Notes under the pieces: generated by a model | Told to the model about the DNA's origin: nothing | The model's input: only the letters and a program-made list of their open reading frames with translations | The model's database searches: none | Part shown: in pieces, positions 28,591-46,897 of the stretch | How positions within the stretch are numbered: the stretch's first letter is position 1 | Layout of the letters: each line of letters opens with the position of its first letter | Translations under genes and position numbers: made by a program | Source of the DNA: the human T2T-CHM13v2.0 reference genome, Homo sapiens | Assembly: GCF_009914755.1 (NCBI RefSeq) | Contig: NC_060947.1 | DNA: 64,000 nt | Reading direction: 5' to 3' (one strand)

Positions 28591-29985
28591 TTTAGTCTTT
28601 TAACCATTGGGCTATGGTGCCTCCCAAGAGCCTTGGGTTTAATTTTCAGCTTTTATATTTTTACTTAGAGGTGACATATTAATCAAACTCAGATGGAATA
28701 GACTACAAAAACAGAGTACTGATTTATTTACTTTAGAAGACATAAATTGGTAATGTAACTAGTATTGGTTTTATCTGCACACTTTTCTATGGATAAATTT
28801 ACTTGGGAGAACAAATTAGAACAAAAATTTGATGAGCCTGGAATAAAAACAAAGAGGTTGGCTTAAAGGAGATTTTATTAAATAATGCCACTTGGATTAC
28901 TGTTTACTGTGGAGATATTTCCTTCTGGGTCTCTGATAATGAAGATATACTATAGAAATCTGTCCTTTTGCTTCACTTTGTAAAATTTTTTTATTTATCT
29001 AGCTTTTAAGTTCAGGGGGACAAGTGCAGACTTGTTACATAGGTAAACTTTTGTCACGGGGGTTTGTTGTACAGATTATTTCATCACTCAGGTATTAAGC
29101 CTAGTACCTATTAGTTATTTTTCCTGATGCTTTCCCTCCTCCACCCTCCCCCCTCCAATAGGCCCCAATGTGTGTTGTTTCCCTTTATGTGTGCATGTGT
29201 TCTCATCATTTTGCTCCTACTTTTAAATGAGAACATGTAGTGTTTGGTTTTCTGTTCCTGCGTTTGCTTAGAATAATGGCCTATGGCTCCATCCATGTCC
29301 ATGCAAAGGACATGATCTCTTTCTTTTTACAGCTGCATAGTATTCCATGGTGTATATGTACCATATTCTTCCTTGTTGAGTCTATCACTGATGGGCATTT
29401 AGGTTAATTCCATGGCTTTGCTATGGTGAATTGCTCTGCAATGAACAAACATGTTCATGTGTCTTCATAATGAAATGATTTATATTCCTTTGGTTTATAC
29501 TCAGTAATGGGATTATGGAGTCAAATGGTGTTTCTGTCTTTAGGTCTTTGAGGAATCACCACACTGTCTTCCACAATGGTTGATCTAATTTACATTCTCA
29601 CCAACAGTGTGTAAGTGTTCCTTTTTCCCACAACCTTGCCAGCATCTGTTATTTTTTGACTTTTTAGTAATAGCCATTCTGAATGGTGCGAGATGGTTTC
29701 TCATTGTGGTTTTGATTTGTATTTCTGTAATGACCATTTATTGAATAGTGATTCCTTTTCCCATTGCTTGCTTTTTGCAAGGTTTGTTGAAGATCAGATA
29801 GTTGTAGGTGTGTGGTCTTATTTCTGGGCTCTATTCTGTTCCACTGGTCTACAGTCAAGCCAGGAGGCAAACCAGAAAGGAACTTCCATTCACAGTTGCC
29901 ACAAAAAGCATTAAATACACAGGAATACAGCTAACTAGCTAACTGTTCTTGCATTTATGCAAGTAACTACCTTAGACTGGGTGAT

Positions 29986-31137
29986 ATTTTTATGGTAATA
30001 ACATTATGATCTTTAATGGACATTTTATGATTTTACTTACATACTTTTCCATAGTTTATATTGCTTTGGTATGAAAAAATCCATATTCATAATGATCATA
30101 AGCCTGGGAAGCCCATATTTGCATAAAACATGGTCCAGAAAAAGAAATTTATATTCAGGGTATCAAGAACTGTAAATAAAAACAATCACAGAGCTGTGTC
30201 AAATCTCACTAGTCGTATATCTACATATGCAAAAATATTTTTGTGCATTTTAGGGATTCCAGCTTCTTCTGAGTATGATAGTTACATACTGTACCCATTC
30301 TCACACTTCCTACTCACAAATCCACCCTCAACATTCTTGCTCGTGTCTCTGCAATTTTGTTGAAATTGCTCTTATTTTAGCTTCCAAAGTCCTCTTCTTG
30401 CGGATTCAGAAGGGCATTTAATTTTTCTGCAACCTTTTACATGAAGTGTCATCTTGAATCCTTTTGTTTCTCTGGCTTCCTGACAATATATTCTCTACGT
30501 ATTATTTTGGTGTGCCTCCAACCCCTTTGGTCATTCTTTCTGAGTCCCCCTCAAGGTGACTTTTTTTTCTGCCAAATTTCATAATTTTAGACATTAAAGC
30601 TCTTTTTCTTTAGCCTTCTCTTTCATCCATACACATCTTCCCTAAATGAGCTTCATCTTCTCCCATGACATCATTCCACCCACATGCTGATGGTTCCCAA
30701 AAGCTGGTGTCTCTCCTGAGCTCACACTTAGATGTTTGTAGTAAGTATCTGAGAGATTTTCTGATGAGGACTCATTTTCTAGGAATGACCCTCCTTTTCC
30801 ATCTGCATGTTGAAGTTGTGCTATTGTATGACTCTTCTTTGTACCACAGTTAATCTGTCCAGACATGGGCACTTGATTCATATTGGCACTTGGCCAATAA
30901 ATTTGTGTCCTAAGGTTTTTGGGTTTGAGACTGAGATTCAGGCCACCCTTTCTCTGAAATCCTGGACTAGAATCAATGTGGTTGCCCAGGTCAAATGTCT
31001 ATCAGTGTTATGAAAGAAACCCATCTATTCTGATTGGTGGTTAAATACTTTAAATGTCACCTCTAATTGTAGGGTACATAATCGGGGAATTGTAGGCAGC
31101 CATGTTTACTTTCATGTATACCATGTAAGCAGATAGG
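29986..31137 (-). other. TSD-flanked non-LTR insert (putative orphan transduction or retroposed non-coding RNA)
   Basis: Flanked by accttagactgggtgat and accagagactggataat; T5 at 29987-29991; minus-strand ATTAAA at 30012-30017. Confidence 0.65.
30310..30760 (+). mobile_element. Ancient L2 RT-region fragment inside the insert
   Basis: ccttctctttcatccatacacatcttccctaaatgagcttcatc...cccatg...atgctgatggttcccaaa...tctctcctgagctc resembles the L2 YADD region. Confidence 0.7.
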
Positions 31138-32347
31138 ACCAGAGACTGGATAATTTATAAAGAAAAGAGGTTTATTTGGCTGATGGTTCCACAGGCTTTA
31201 TAGGAAGCTGGGCAGGGGAGGCCTCAGAAAACCTGCAATTATGGCAGAAGGAGAAGAGAAAGGAGGCATGTCTTACATGGCTGAAGCAGGAGGAAGAGAG
31301 CCAAGGGAGAAGTGCTACATGCTTGTAAACAAGCAGATCTCATGAGCACTCACTCGCTATCATGAGAACAGCAAGGGGGAAAGTACACCCCCATGATCCA
31401 ATCACCCCCCTCCAGGCCCCTTCTTCAACACTGGGGATTAAAATTTGACATGAAGTTTGGGTGGGGACACAAATCCAAACCATATCAGGAGGTGAAAGAT
31501 TTCTACAAGGAGAACTACAAACCACTGCTCAAAGAAATCAGAGATAACACAAATAAACAAACATTCTATACTCATAAATAGAAAGAAAAAGTATCATTAA
31601 AATGGCCATACTGCCCAAAGCAATTTATAGATTTAACGCTATTCCTATTAAATTACCATTAAAATTCTTCAGAGATCTAGAGAAAAAACTATTTAAAATT
31701 TTATATGGAACCAAAAAAAAAGCCTGAATAGCCAAGGGACTCCTAAGCAAAAAGAACAAAGCTGGAGACATCAAGCTACCTCACTTCAAACTATACTACA
31801 AGTTTATAGTAACTAAGACGGCATGATACTGGTTCTCTTTTTTTCTAATCTCTAGGTAGATTATCCTTCTGTTTACAAGCCATTATCTCATGCAGTCAGG
31901 TTATAATTGATTAGAATATAGCATTCTTTCCAGACATCCTTTGTGGAGGAGGAAGGGAAAATAATTTTTTATGTTATTTTTATGAGAACCACATTTTCTG
32001 ACCTTTCACTAAAATTACGAGTGTGTCCCACTTTGGAAACTTTTTCCTCTAAATACTGACCACACAGGTCTCTAATACAAAATAGAGATATTTCAGGAGA
32101 ACCTGTAACCAGAAACGAGATTCAAAGGAAGGTGGGGATGTAGGAACTGTGTTTAACATAAGTAATTGATAATCACAGCAACTTTAAAAAATACCGTAAA
32201 AAAAGAAATTTCAGGATTAGTTATCTTGGCAGTGGATACATTCTATTTGTGTGAGAAAGGGAGAATTTGACTGCACATGCTGGGCTGCCTGCCCTCCACC
32301 CTCCAATGCTTCACCTTCACCTCCCTTTCTCTAATTATTTTGAAAGT

Positions 32348-32351
<4 letters not shown>

Positions 32352-32397
<46 letters not shown>
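32352..32397. repeat. Pure (AT)23
   Basis: Read directly. Confidence 0.97.
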
Positions 32398-32399
<2 letters not shown>

Positions 32400-32695
32400 T
32401 TTAGCTTGTTGAAATTTTCACTTTTTTAAAGTTCAATTTTACAAAGATAATAGAATCAGGTATGCAATTGCAAAACTCAACTTGTGATCCTGGTTTATTT
32501 AATATGAAAAAGTTAATGTTGAAAAGGAAAGTGTATATCTTGACCACTGTACAACTGGTGTGAAGGTTTTGTTGTTGTTGTTGTTGTTGTTTTGAGTCAA
32601 AGTCTTGCTCTATCGCCCAGGCTGGAGGTGCAGTGACATGATCTCGGTTCACCGCAACCTACGCCGCTCGGGTTCAAGTGATTCTCCTGCCTCAG
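32397..32695 (-). repeat. Inverted duplicate of 33524-33840 (Alu 3' part, (AAC)n tail and ~170 bp non-Alu flank)
   Basis: Near-identical reverse complement; mirrored ORFs 32401..32652(-) and 33567..33812(+). Confidence 0.97.
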
Positions 32696-32698
32696 ATT

Positions 32699-32938
32699 GG
32701 ATATATCTGATATATATCAGATATATATATATATATATCATATATATATCAGATATATATATATCAGATATATATATATCATATATATATCAGATATATA
32801 TCTCATATATATATCAGATATATATATATCATATATATATCAGATATATATATCTCATATATATATCAGATATATATATCTCATATATATATCAGATATA
32901 TATATATCAGATATATATATATATCAGATATATATATA
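32699..32938. repeat. Palindromic low-complexity array of (AT)nCAG / (AT)n(CT)C units
   Basis: Perfect 26-bp palindrome atatatctgatatatatcagatatat at 32701-32726, followed by repeated ATATATCAGATATAT units. Confidence 0.93.
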
Positions 32939-33340
32939 AATGAAAAGAGTGAGTCTGGAAAATTATATAGCAAATGCAGAATAATAGTGAAAAGATCTCT
33001 ACCACTCACAGTTTATACTTACTAATTGAAATCCTACCTATTTATAAATAACTCAAATTTTATGTCCCATGAAAGTTCTCAGAAATTTTTCTCATCAGCT
33101 AGAAATTAATTTCTCCCTTTCCTCGCAGTTCAAAGTATATTATTTGATCCTCTGTTCCATCACTTATTACAGTACAGCTTGTTTAAAATTGATTATATAT
33201 GGTTTTGGCATACCCAGTAGACTGTGAGACCCTGACAACTATGTATAGCTCCCAGTGCTGTTCACACTGCCTAGAAAAAAAAATGCTTTCTATGTAGTGG
33301 ATACCCAGGACGCCTTTTTTTCTTTTAAACTCCAAAGTGA

Positions 33341-33626
33341 GGCAGGGCGCGGTGGCTCACGCCTGTAATCTCAGCACTTTGCGAGGCCGAGGAGGGCGGA
33401 TCACCTGAGGGCAGGAGTTCAAGACTAGCCTGGCCAACATGGTGAAACCCCATCTCTACTAAAAATACAAAAAAATTAGCCAGGTGCAGTGGCGCGCTCC
33501 TGTAGTTCCAGCTACTCAAGAAGCTGAGGCAGGAGAATCGCTTGAACCCGAGCGGCGTAGGTTGCGGTGAACCGAGATCATGTCACTGCACCTCCAGCCT
33601 GGGCGATAGAGCAAGACTTCGACTCA

Positions 33627-33670
<44 letters not shown>
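33341..33670 (+). mobile_element. AluSx-like with (AAC)n tail
   Basis: ggcagggcgcggtggctcacgcctgtaatc...ggatcacctgag; CpG-rich; source of the inverted duplicate. Confidence 0.95.
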
Positions 33671-35184
33671 CCTTCACACCAGTTGTACAGTGGTCAAGAT
33701 ATACACTTTCCTTTTCAACATTAACTTTTTCATATTAAATAAACCAGGATCACAAGTTGAGTTTTGCAATTGCATACCTGATTCTATTATCTTTGTACAA
33801 TTGAATTTTTAAAAAGTGAAAATTTCAACAAGCTAAAGGACTAAGAAAATCATATTGCATACTTTTTGGGTGACCAAATTTTATGCATAGTTTGGTATGC
33901 ATAATATTTCAATTTTATTAATTTCAGGAATATTGTGACTATAGAAAGACTGTACATAGTTTTAGTAAATAAAATTATAATAAAATATATGTTTTTAAAC
34001 TGTTTAGCTGAGATAATCAAATACATTACAGCATTTTACAAAAAAATTAGGTTTAATTTCATAGGTCTCATTATTAGAAACAGGGCAAGATTTAAAAAAC
34101 AAATGTTATACTTCCAAGTCATGAAATACAATATATTTGAAGTAAAAGAACTGAAGTTCAAAAATATATTCTTAAAATTGAGCCACACATATAGGCTCTT
34201 AACGATTGATTTGTCAATTTCACTTCTTTAGTAATGCTTGGATTACTTGTAATGCTGACAGAACAAAGACTTATGAAGAGAGGGAGGCCTCAACAATATC
34301 AAAACAGAGAATTGAAATACTCCAATATATTATGGATTTTACTCTTATTCTGCACTATTTTATACGAAGATTATATTCACTTTGAATGTGTGTATGACAC
34401 TGCTTGTTTATTAATAGTAATGCCCCAAAGTGCAAGATCTACTGGGTATAAAATAAGATTTTAGAATAAAACTTCAAAATTATTCAAAAAGAGATGAGTT
34501 GTTTGAGTAGATTTACTTTCTGAAAATTATTGATTACTGACATCCAATCATCTAGAGAGGTGATGGAGCATTTGAGAAATTTTTTTAAAGGCACAACCAC
34601 ATATAAACTTTGTCTTCTTCAGGACAAAATATATAAATAAATATGGATTAGAAAATAAATTTTATTTCAGCTCTCTACATGAGGACTTTCACATGGTAAT
34701 TTCTCAATCAATCAATACTTTTGCGTGGAAATCAGTGATACACAAGTTTTAATCAGGTTTGTATTTAATATTGGCATAGCTTTTCCACTAAAATTTTATG
34801 TGCAGCATTCGGAAAAATTATGCTTCTGGTTTTCATTTATCAATCAAAACACACATTTTAAGTCACTCTAAATAAAATCCTAAATGTGAAAGCCCTCCTT
34901 CTCCAAAAAATATATACTAGGTTGGAAAAGTCAATTTTGAAAAAAGGGTATGTTTTCTCATTTTTTTAAACAAACTCAGAAGTTTTTTAGCATTGCATAA
35001 TGTTACTCTTTTGGCAATAGAAGTGGTGATTATCAAAGAAAATAATGTGCATTTGAAAGTTCAGGCTACCTCTTGTGAGGAAGTCTCTTGTAACCCTAGC
35101 AATAGCTGGATTTCAAATAAGAAAATACATATACTAACATCTAGTTCAGTTCATGGGACATAGGCACTTAATAACATTTCCACT

Positions 35185-35800
35185 TTTCTAAATGTTTAGG
35201 TGATTTATCGTAGTATAAATAGCACAAAATAAATTGTGCATATTTAAAATATAAAATTAAGTATGTTTGACGTTATATATACATCTGTGAGGCCATTGCC
35301 ACATTTAAGAAAATGTGTATTGCCATGACCTCGCAAATTTTGGGGGCCACTTTTTAATCTCACCCCCTAACCTTTACTCCCACATCCACTTCTTACCCCT
35401 CCCATCCTTAGGCAACCAAAAATCTACTTGCATTTTGTATAAAATTACTACTGCAATCATACATTATTTGCTTTTATGGTCTTGCTTTTTTCACTCAGCT
35501 TGAGATTTATACATATTGTTGCATGTAGCTGTAGTTCATTCATTTTTCTTCTTTCTAATGAGTATTCAATAGCATGGGTATAACACTATTTACCCACTCA
35601 TCTGATTCATTTTTATTTACATAAAAATAAGAAATGTTTATTTTTATTTACTTTTGCTTATTTTATTGTAATGGAAAATGGTAATTGCATATTTTTACAA
35701 GGAACAATGCAATGTTATGATGAATGTATACAATGTGGAGTATTAAATCAATCAATTAATGTATTCTAATACTAATTAATGTATTCATCACTAGAAATAC
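35185..35800 (-). mobile_element. Old L1M 3' end fragments
   Basis: ggtcttgcttttttcactcagc, gagatttatacatattgttgcatg, tagttcattcattttt; a second 3' end starts ~35640. Confidence 0.65.
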
Positions 35801-35804
35801 TTAC

Positions 35805-36030
35805 CTTTAATAAATGAAATTAATCACGTCTTTAGATGAATGCACACTTACACGTAGACATACAGCTTAGAAGGTATATAAGCACTGGAAAACTTTGTAA
35901 TTTTGAGTTGGTCTGGTAATATTTTCCCAGCCTTCTCCCTGTACTTGGTTGAAGAAATAAACTCTCTTCTTTTCCAGTTCATCTGCGTCTTGTTATTGGG
36001 CCATAATTATAAGAAGCCTGACCATCAGTT
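35805..36030 (+). mobile_element. ERV1-class LTR 3' half (family not assigned)
   Basis: TATA-like ggtatataagc, aaactttgtaattttgagttggtctgg, poly(A) signal gaaataaactctc. Confidence 0.6.
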
Positions 36031-36042
36031 TTATACAGGAAC

Positions 36043-36214
36043 AGTTGGGACCACAGACATGAGCCACCATGTTTGGCTAATCTTTTAATTTTTTTGTAGA
36101 GATGGGATCTTTCTATGTTTCCCAGGCTGATCTTAAACTCCTGGGCTCAAGTGATCATTCCACCTTGACCTCCCAAAGTGCTGGGATCACAGGCATTAGT
36201 CACCGTGCATGGAC
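36043..36214 (-). mobile_element. AluJ fragment (left arm plus start of right arm)
   Basis: tgtagagatggg...aactcctgggctcaagtgatc...cctcccaaagtgctgggat. Confidence 0.85.
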
Positions 36215-36239
36215 GCTGTATTTATTTTTAAAAAAACAT

Positions 36240-36373
36240 TCATAAAGTTTCCATTATGGCTGTTGAAATGTAAATTCCCACCAACAGTGTGCAAGGGTTT
36301 CTTTTCTCTATACCTTTACTAGCACTTGTTATCATTGGTCTTTTTTATAATAGCCATTGCAGCAATTGAGGCA
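36240..36373 (-). mobile_element. L1M fragment, host of the MER4 provirus (continues at 52296)
   Basis: attcccaccaacagtgtgcaaggg...ataatagccatt...tgagg then ggtggcctctcattgtggttt after the provirus. Confidence 0.8.
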
Positions 36374-37500
36374 TGTTGATAAAAATAGTCAAACTCTATA
36401 AAATATTTGAAGAGATTTATTCTGAGCTAAATGTGAGTGACGATGGCTTGTGACACAGCCCTCAGGAGATCCGGAGGACATGTACCCAGGTGGTCAGAGT
36501 GCAGCTTGGTTTTATTCATTTTAGGAATCCATGAGATATCAGTCAAAGACATTTAAAATATACATTGGTTCAATTCAGAAATGCAGGACAATTGAAAGAG
36601 GGACCTTCAAGGTTATAGGTAGATTTAAAATTTTTCTGATTGGCAATTTGTTGAAAAGGTTATTATCAATAGAAAGAAATGCCTGGGTTACAAAAAGAGG
36701 TTTTGGAGACCAAATTTTAGTATGCAGATGAAGCATCCAAGTAGGCTTCAGGGTGAAAAGATCATAAATGTTTCTTAATAAACTTAAGGTCTGTGTTGAT
36801 GTTAATACTCGAGGGTATAATGAGGTATATCCAACCCCCATTTTCCATCATGGCCTGAATCAGTCTTTCAGGTTAAATTTTGGAGGGCCCTTGCCAAGTA
36901 GGAAGTCCATTCAGATGGTTGCGGTCCTTAAAATTTTATTTTTGGTTTACATTCTCCCACTTCTGGCCAAGATTTGCCAGAAGCAATACAAATGGCCACA
37001 CAAATTTATTTTTTTTTCCCATAGCATTGCCAGAGTGACATGGCTGCCTGCCTCAGGGACATCTGGTCCATTGGAGAGACTTCTTTTAGCCAAGGGACTT
37101 AGTCAACAAGACTTACAGCTAAGTAATTGTTCTAGATGAGATAGGACTGAACATGGACAAGCATTCATTACCCCTTACAATTATTATTATTATTAATATC
37201 ATTTAAGTAGAAAACCAACAAAAAAAAAGCCAAAGGCAAAGCTACAAAACCGACTTATTTTTAACTTCTATGCATTGAGTTACTATAAGCTTGGTTTTAG
37301 TTATAGATTTATAGCAATTATTTATACAAAACATAAGCATTGTTCTAAGAAAAAATTTTGATTTTTTAAAAAATATACTTATCTTTAAAATTAATAACTG
37401 GGAGTATTATACTTAGGAGGCTTTGGTCACAAGGTATCTTTATTCTGTCAGTAAATATTTTCTTTTAATTCTGTGGAAGCAGAAAATTCTTGATGGTTGG

Positions 37501-39085
37501 TGTATTAGTCTGTTTTTGTGCTGTTGATAAAGACATACCTGAGACTGGGCAATTCACAAAAAAATAGGTTTAATTGGACTTACAGTTCCATGTGGCTGGG
37601 GAGGCCTCACAATCAAGGTGGAAGGCAAGGAGGAGCAATTCACATCTTACATGGATGGCAGCAGGCAAAAATAAAGAGCTTGTGCAGGGAACCTCCCATT
37701 TTTAAAACATCAGATCTCATGAGACTTATTCACTATCATGAGAAAAGCATGGGAACGACCCACACTCATGATTCAATGACCTCCCACTGGGTTCCTTTCA
37801 CAACATGTGGGAATTGTAAGAGTTACAATTTAAGATAAGATTTGGGTGGGGACACAGCCAAATCATATCATTCTGCCCCTGCCCCCTCCCAAATCTCATG
37901 GCCTCACATTTCAAAACAAATCATGTCTTCCCAAGAGTCCTCCAAAGTCTTAACTCATTTCAGAATTAACTCAAAAGTCCACAGTCCAAAGTCTCATCTG
38001 AGATGAGGCAAGTACCTTCCACCTATGACCCTGTAAAATTTAAAGCATGTTAGTTACTTCCTAGATACAATGGGGTACAGACATTGGTTAAATACAGCTG
38101 TTCCAAATGGGTCACAAGTCCCATGCAAGTCCAAAATCCAGCAGGGCAGTCAAATTTAAAGCTCCAAAATGATTTCCTTTGACTCCATCTCTCATATCCA
38201 GGTCATGCTGATGCAAGAGGTGGATTCCCATGGTCTTGGGCAGCTCCACCCCTGTGGCTTTCTAGGGTACAGCCTCTCAGATGTTTATATGGGATGTCCT
38301 TGAGTGTCTGCAGCTTTTTCAGGCAAACAGCACAAGCTGTCAGTGGATTTAGCATTCTGGGTTCTGAAGGATGGTGGCTTTCCTCTCATAGCTCAACTAG
38401 GCAGTGGCCAGTGGGGACTCTGTGTGGGGGCTCTGGCCCCACATTTCCCTTCTGCACTGCCCTTGCAGAGATTCTCCATGAGGACCCCACCTTGCAGCAA
38501 ACTTCTGCCTGGGCTCCCAGGGATTTCTATACATCCTCTGAAATCTAGGCAAAGGATTCCAAACACAGTTCACGACTTCTTTGCACTTACAGGCTGACAC
38601 CATGTGGAAGCTACCAAGACTTGAGGTTTGTATCCTTTGAAGCAATGACCTGAGCTCTATGTTGGCCCTTTTAAGCCGTGGCTGCAGTGGCTGGGACACA
38701 AGACACCAAGTTCCTAGGCTGCACACAGAGTGGGGACCCTAGTCCCAGCACATGAAACCAGTTTTTCCTCCTAGGCCTCTAGGCCTGGATGGGAAGGGCT
38801 GCCGTGAAAGTTTCTGACATGGCCTGAGACACTTTTTTTCATTGTCTTTAGAAGTAACATTCAGCTCCTCGTTACTTATGCAAATTTCTGCAGCTGGCTT
38901 GAATTTCCCTCAGAAAATGGGGTTTTCTTTTTTATCAAATTGTCAGGCTGCAAATTTTCTGAAGTTTTATGCTGCATTTCCCATTTAAAACTGAATGCCT
39001 TCAACAGCACCCAAGTTACCTTTTGAATGATTTGCTGCTTAGAAATTTATTCAGCCAGATACCCTAAATCATCTCTCTCAAGTTC
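37501..39085 (-). mobile_element. THE1 element: 3' LTR 37501-37870 plus truncated internal region
   Basis: tgtattagtc...gggacacagccaaatcatatca, then the reverse complement of the THE1 internal seen at ~3405-4657; 5' part absent. Confidence 0.92.
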
Positions 39086-39195
39086 ATTTGAGGTCAGGAA
39101 TTTGAGACCAGCCTGGGCAACATGGTGAAACCCTGAATCTACTGAAAATGCAAAAATTAGCTGGGAGTCGTGGCAGGTGCCTGTAGTCCCAGATA
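39086..39195 (+). mobile_element. Internal Alu fragment lacking both ends
   Basis: ttgaggtcaggaatttgagaccagcctgggcaacatggtgaaaccc...cctgtagtcccag. Confidence 0.88.
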
Positions 39196-39863
39196 CAGTT
39201 AATCTTGGGTTAGATACTGAAAATGAAGAAGTTTCTCCTCCAAAGAGAGAAGGTGGAGCCTTCTCTATTTTCTTTAAAAAAATCTCAGGCCGTTAAAGAC
39301 TATTAAAGAAAAACTTTCTCAAAAAGAACAAGGTCATACTGTTGCAGATAGTTAGACAGGCATGAGTGGGGTAGAGAGGGCTTTCATCCACCCACTAGGA
39401 ATGTTGGGTGATGGTTTTGCATTTATTGCATTACCTCTTTAAAAGTGATAAATTGGCAGCTGGCACCAGGGAGAGGCCATTTCCTGATTCTCAATACCTG
39501 TTGCACTAAAGTGTTAATTGAATGCAGTCACCAGAGGGAAGCAACTTCCCGGTCATGCACATTAAGAGAGAGAATGGCAGAGTATGATTTTCCAAGACCA
39601 CTACACTGGAAAAGGGAAAAAAGCCTCAGATGGGCATGTGTACAGCTTCCTAAATACACTGCGTGTGCTCACCTCTCAAGCATAAAAAAGGCACTGCACA
39701 TGCAGACAGCCCACACTAAGGCAAGAATCATGAGAAAGGGGCCAGCCTATAAAGTCCTAGAATCAAGATTAAACATTGCACTTGACTTTCACATGTCCAC
39801 TGGGGTCTCTTCCAAGTGTGCTTTTTTTTCTTTTCTGTTCTAAAGACATTTTAAGTAAACGGA

Positions 39864-46897
<7,034 letters not shown>

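Larger units (their letters stand above)
29940..31487 (-). mobile_element. MSTA-like solo LTR split in two (29940-29985 and 31138-31487)
   Basis: ctgttcttgcatt...aactaccttagactgggt then agactggataatttataaagaaaagagg...gtggggacacaaatccaaaccatatca. Confidence 0.85.
28985..31833 (-). mobile_element. L1PA15/16-like insertion with 5' inversion (antisense 28985-29850; sense 29851-29938 and 31488-31833)
   Basis: Antisense 3' UTR gggtttgttgtacagattatttcatc; sense pieces aatacagctaactag|ggaggtgaaagat are contiguous in L1 consensus; inversion ends ggcatgatactggt and tagaccagtggaacag are near-adjacent in consensus. Confidence 0.88.

Noticed and set aside
29986-31137. Processed pseudogene of a protein-coding gene
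   Set aside because: The ORFs (e.g. 30642..30881) resemble no protein I recognise and overlap L2-like sequence; treated as a non-coding insert.
32699-32938. Regularly spaced palindromic units as a CRISPR-like array
   Set aside because: No unique spacers and no cas genes; low-complexity eukaryotic repeat.
32401-33812. Twin poly-Q ORFs on opposite strands resembling a duplicated gene pair
   Set aside because: They are the Alu 3' end plus (CAA)n tail and flank; their identity reflects the inverted duplication, not coding selection.
35755-35790. Short direct duplication aattaatgtattc (also gataatttg twice near 58058)
   Set aside because: Ordinary slippage micro-duplications in decayed L1.
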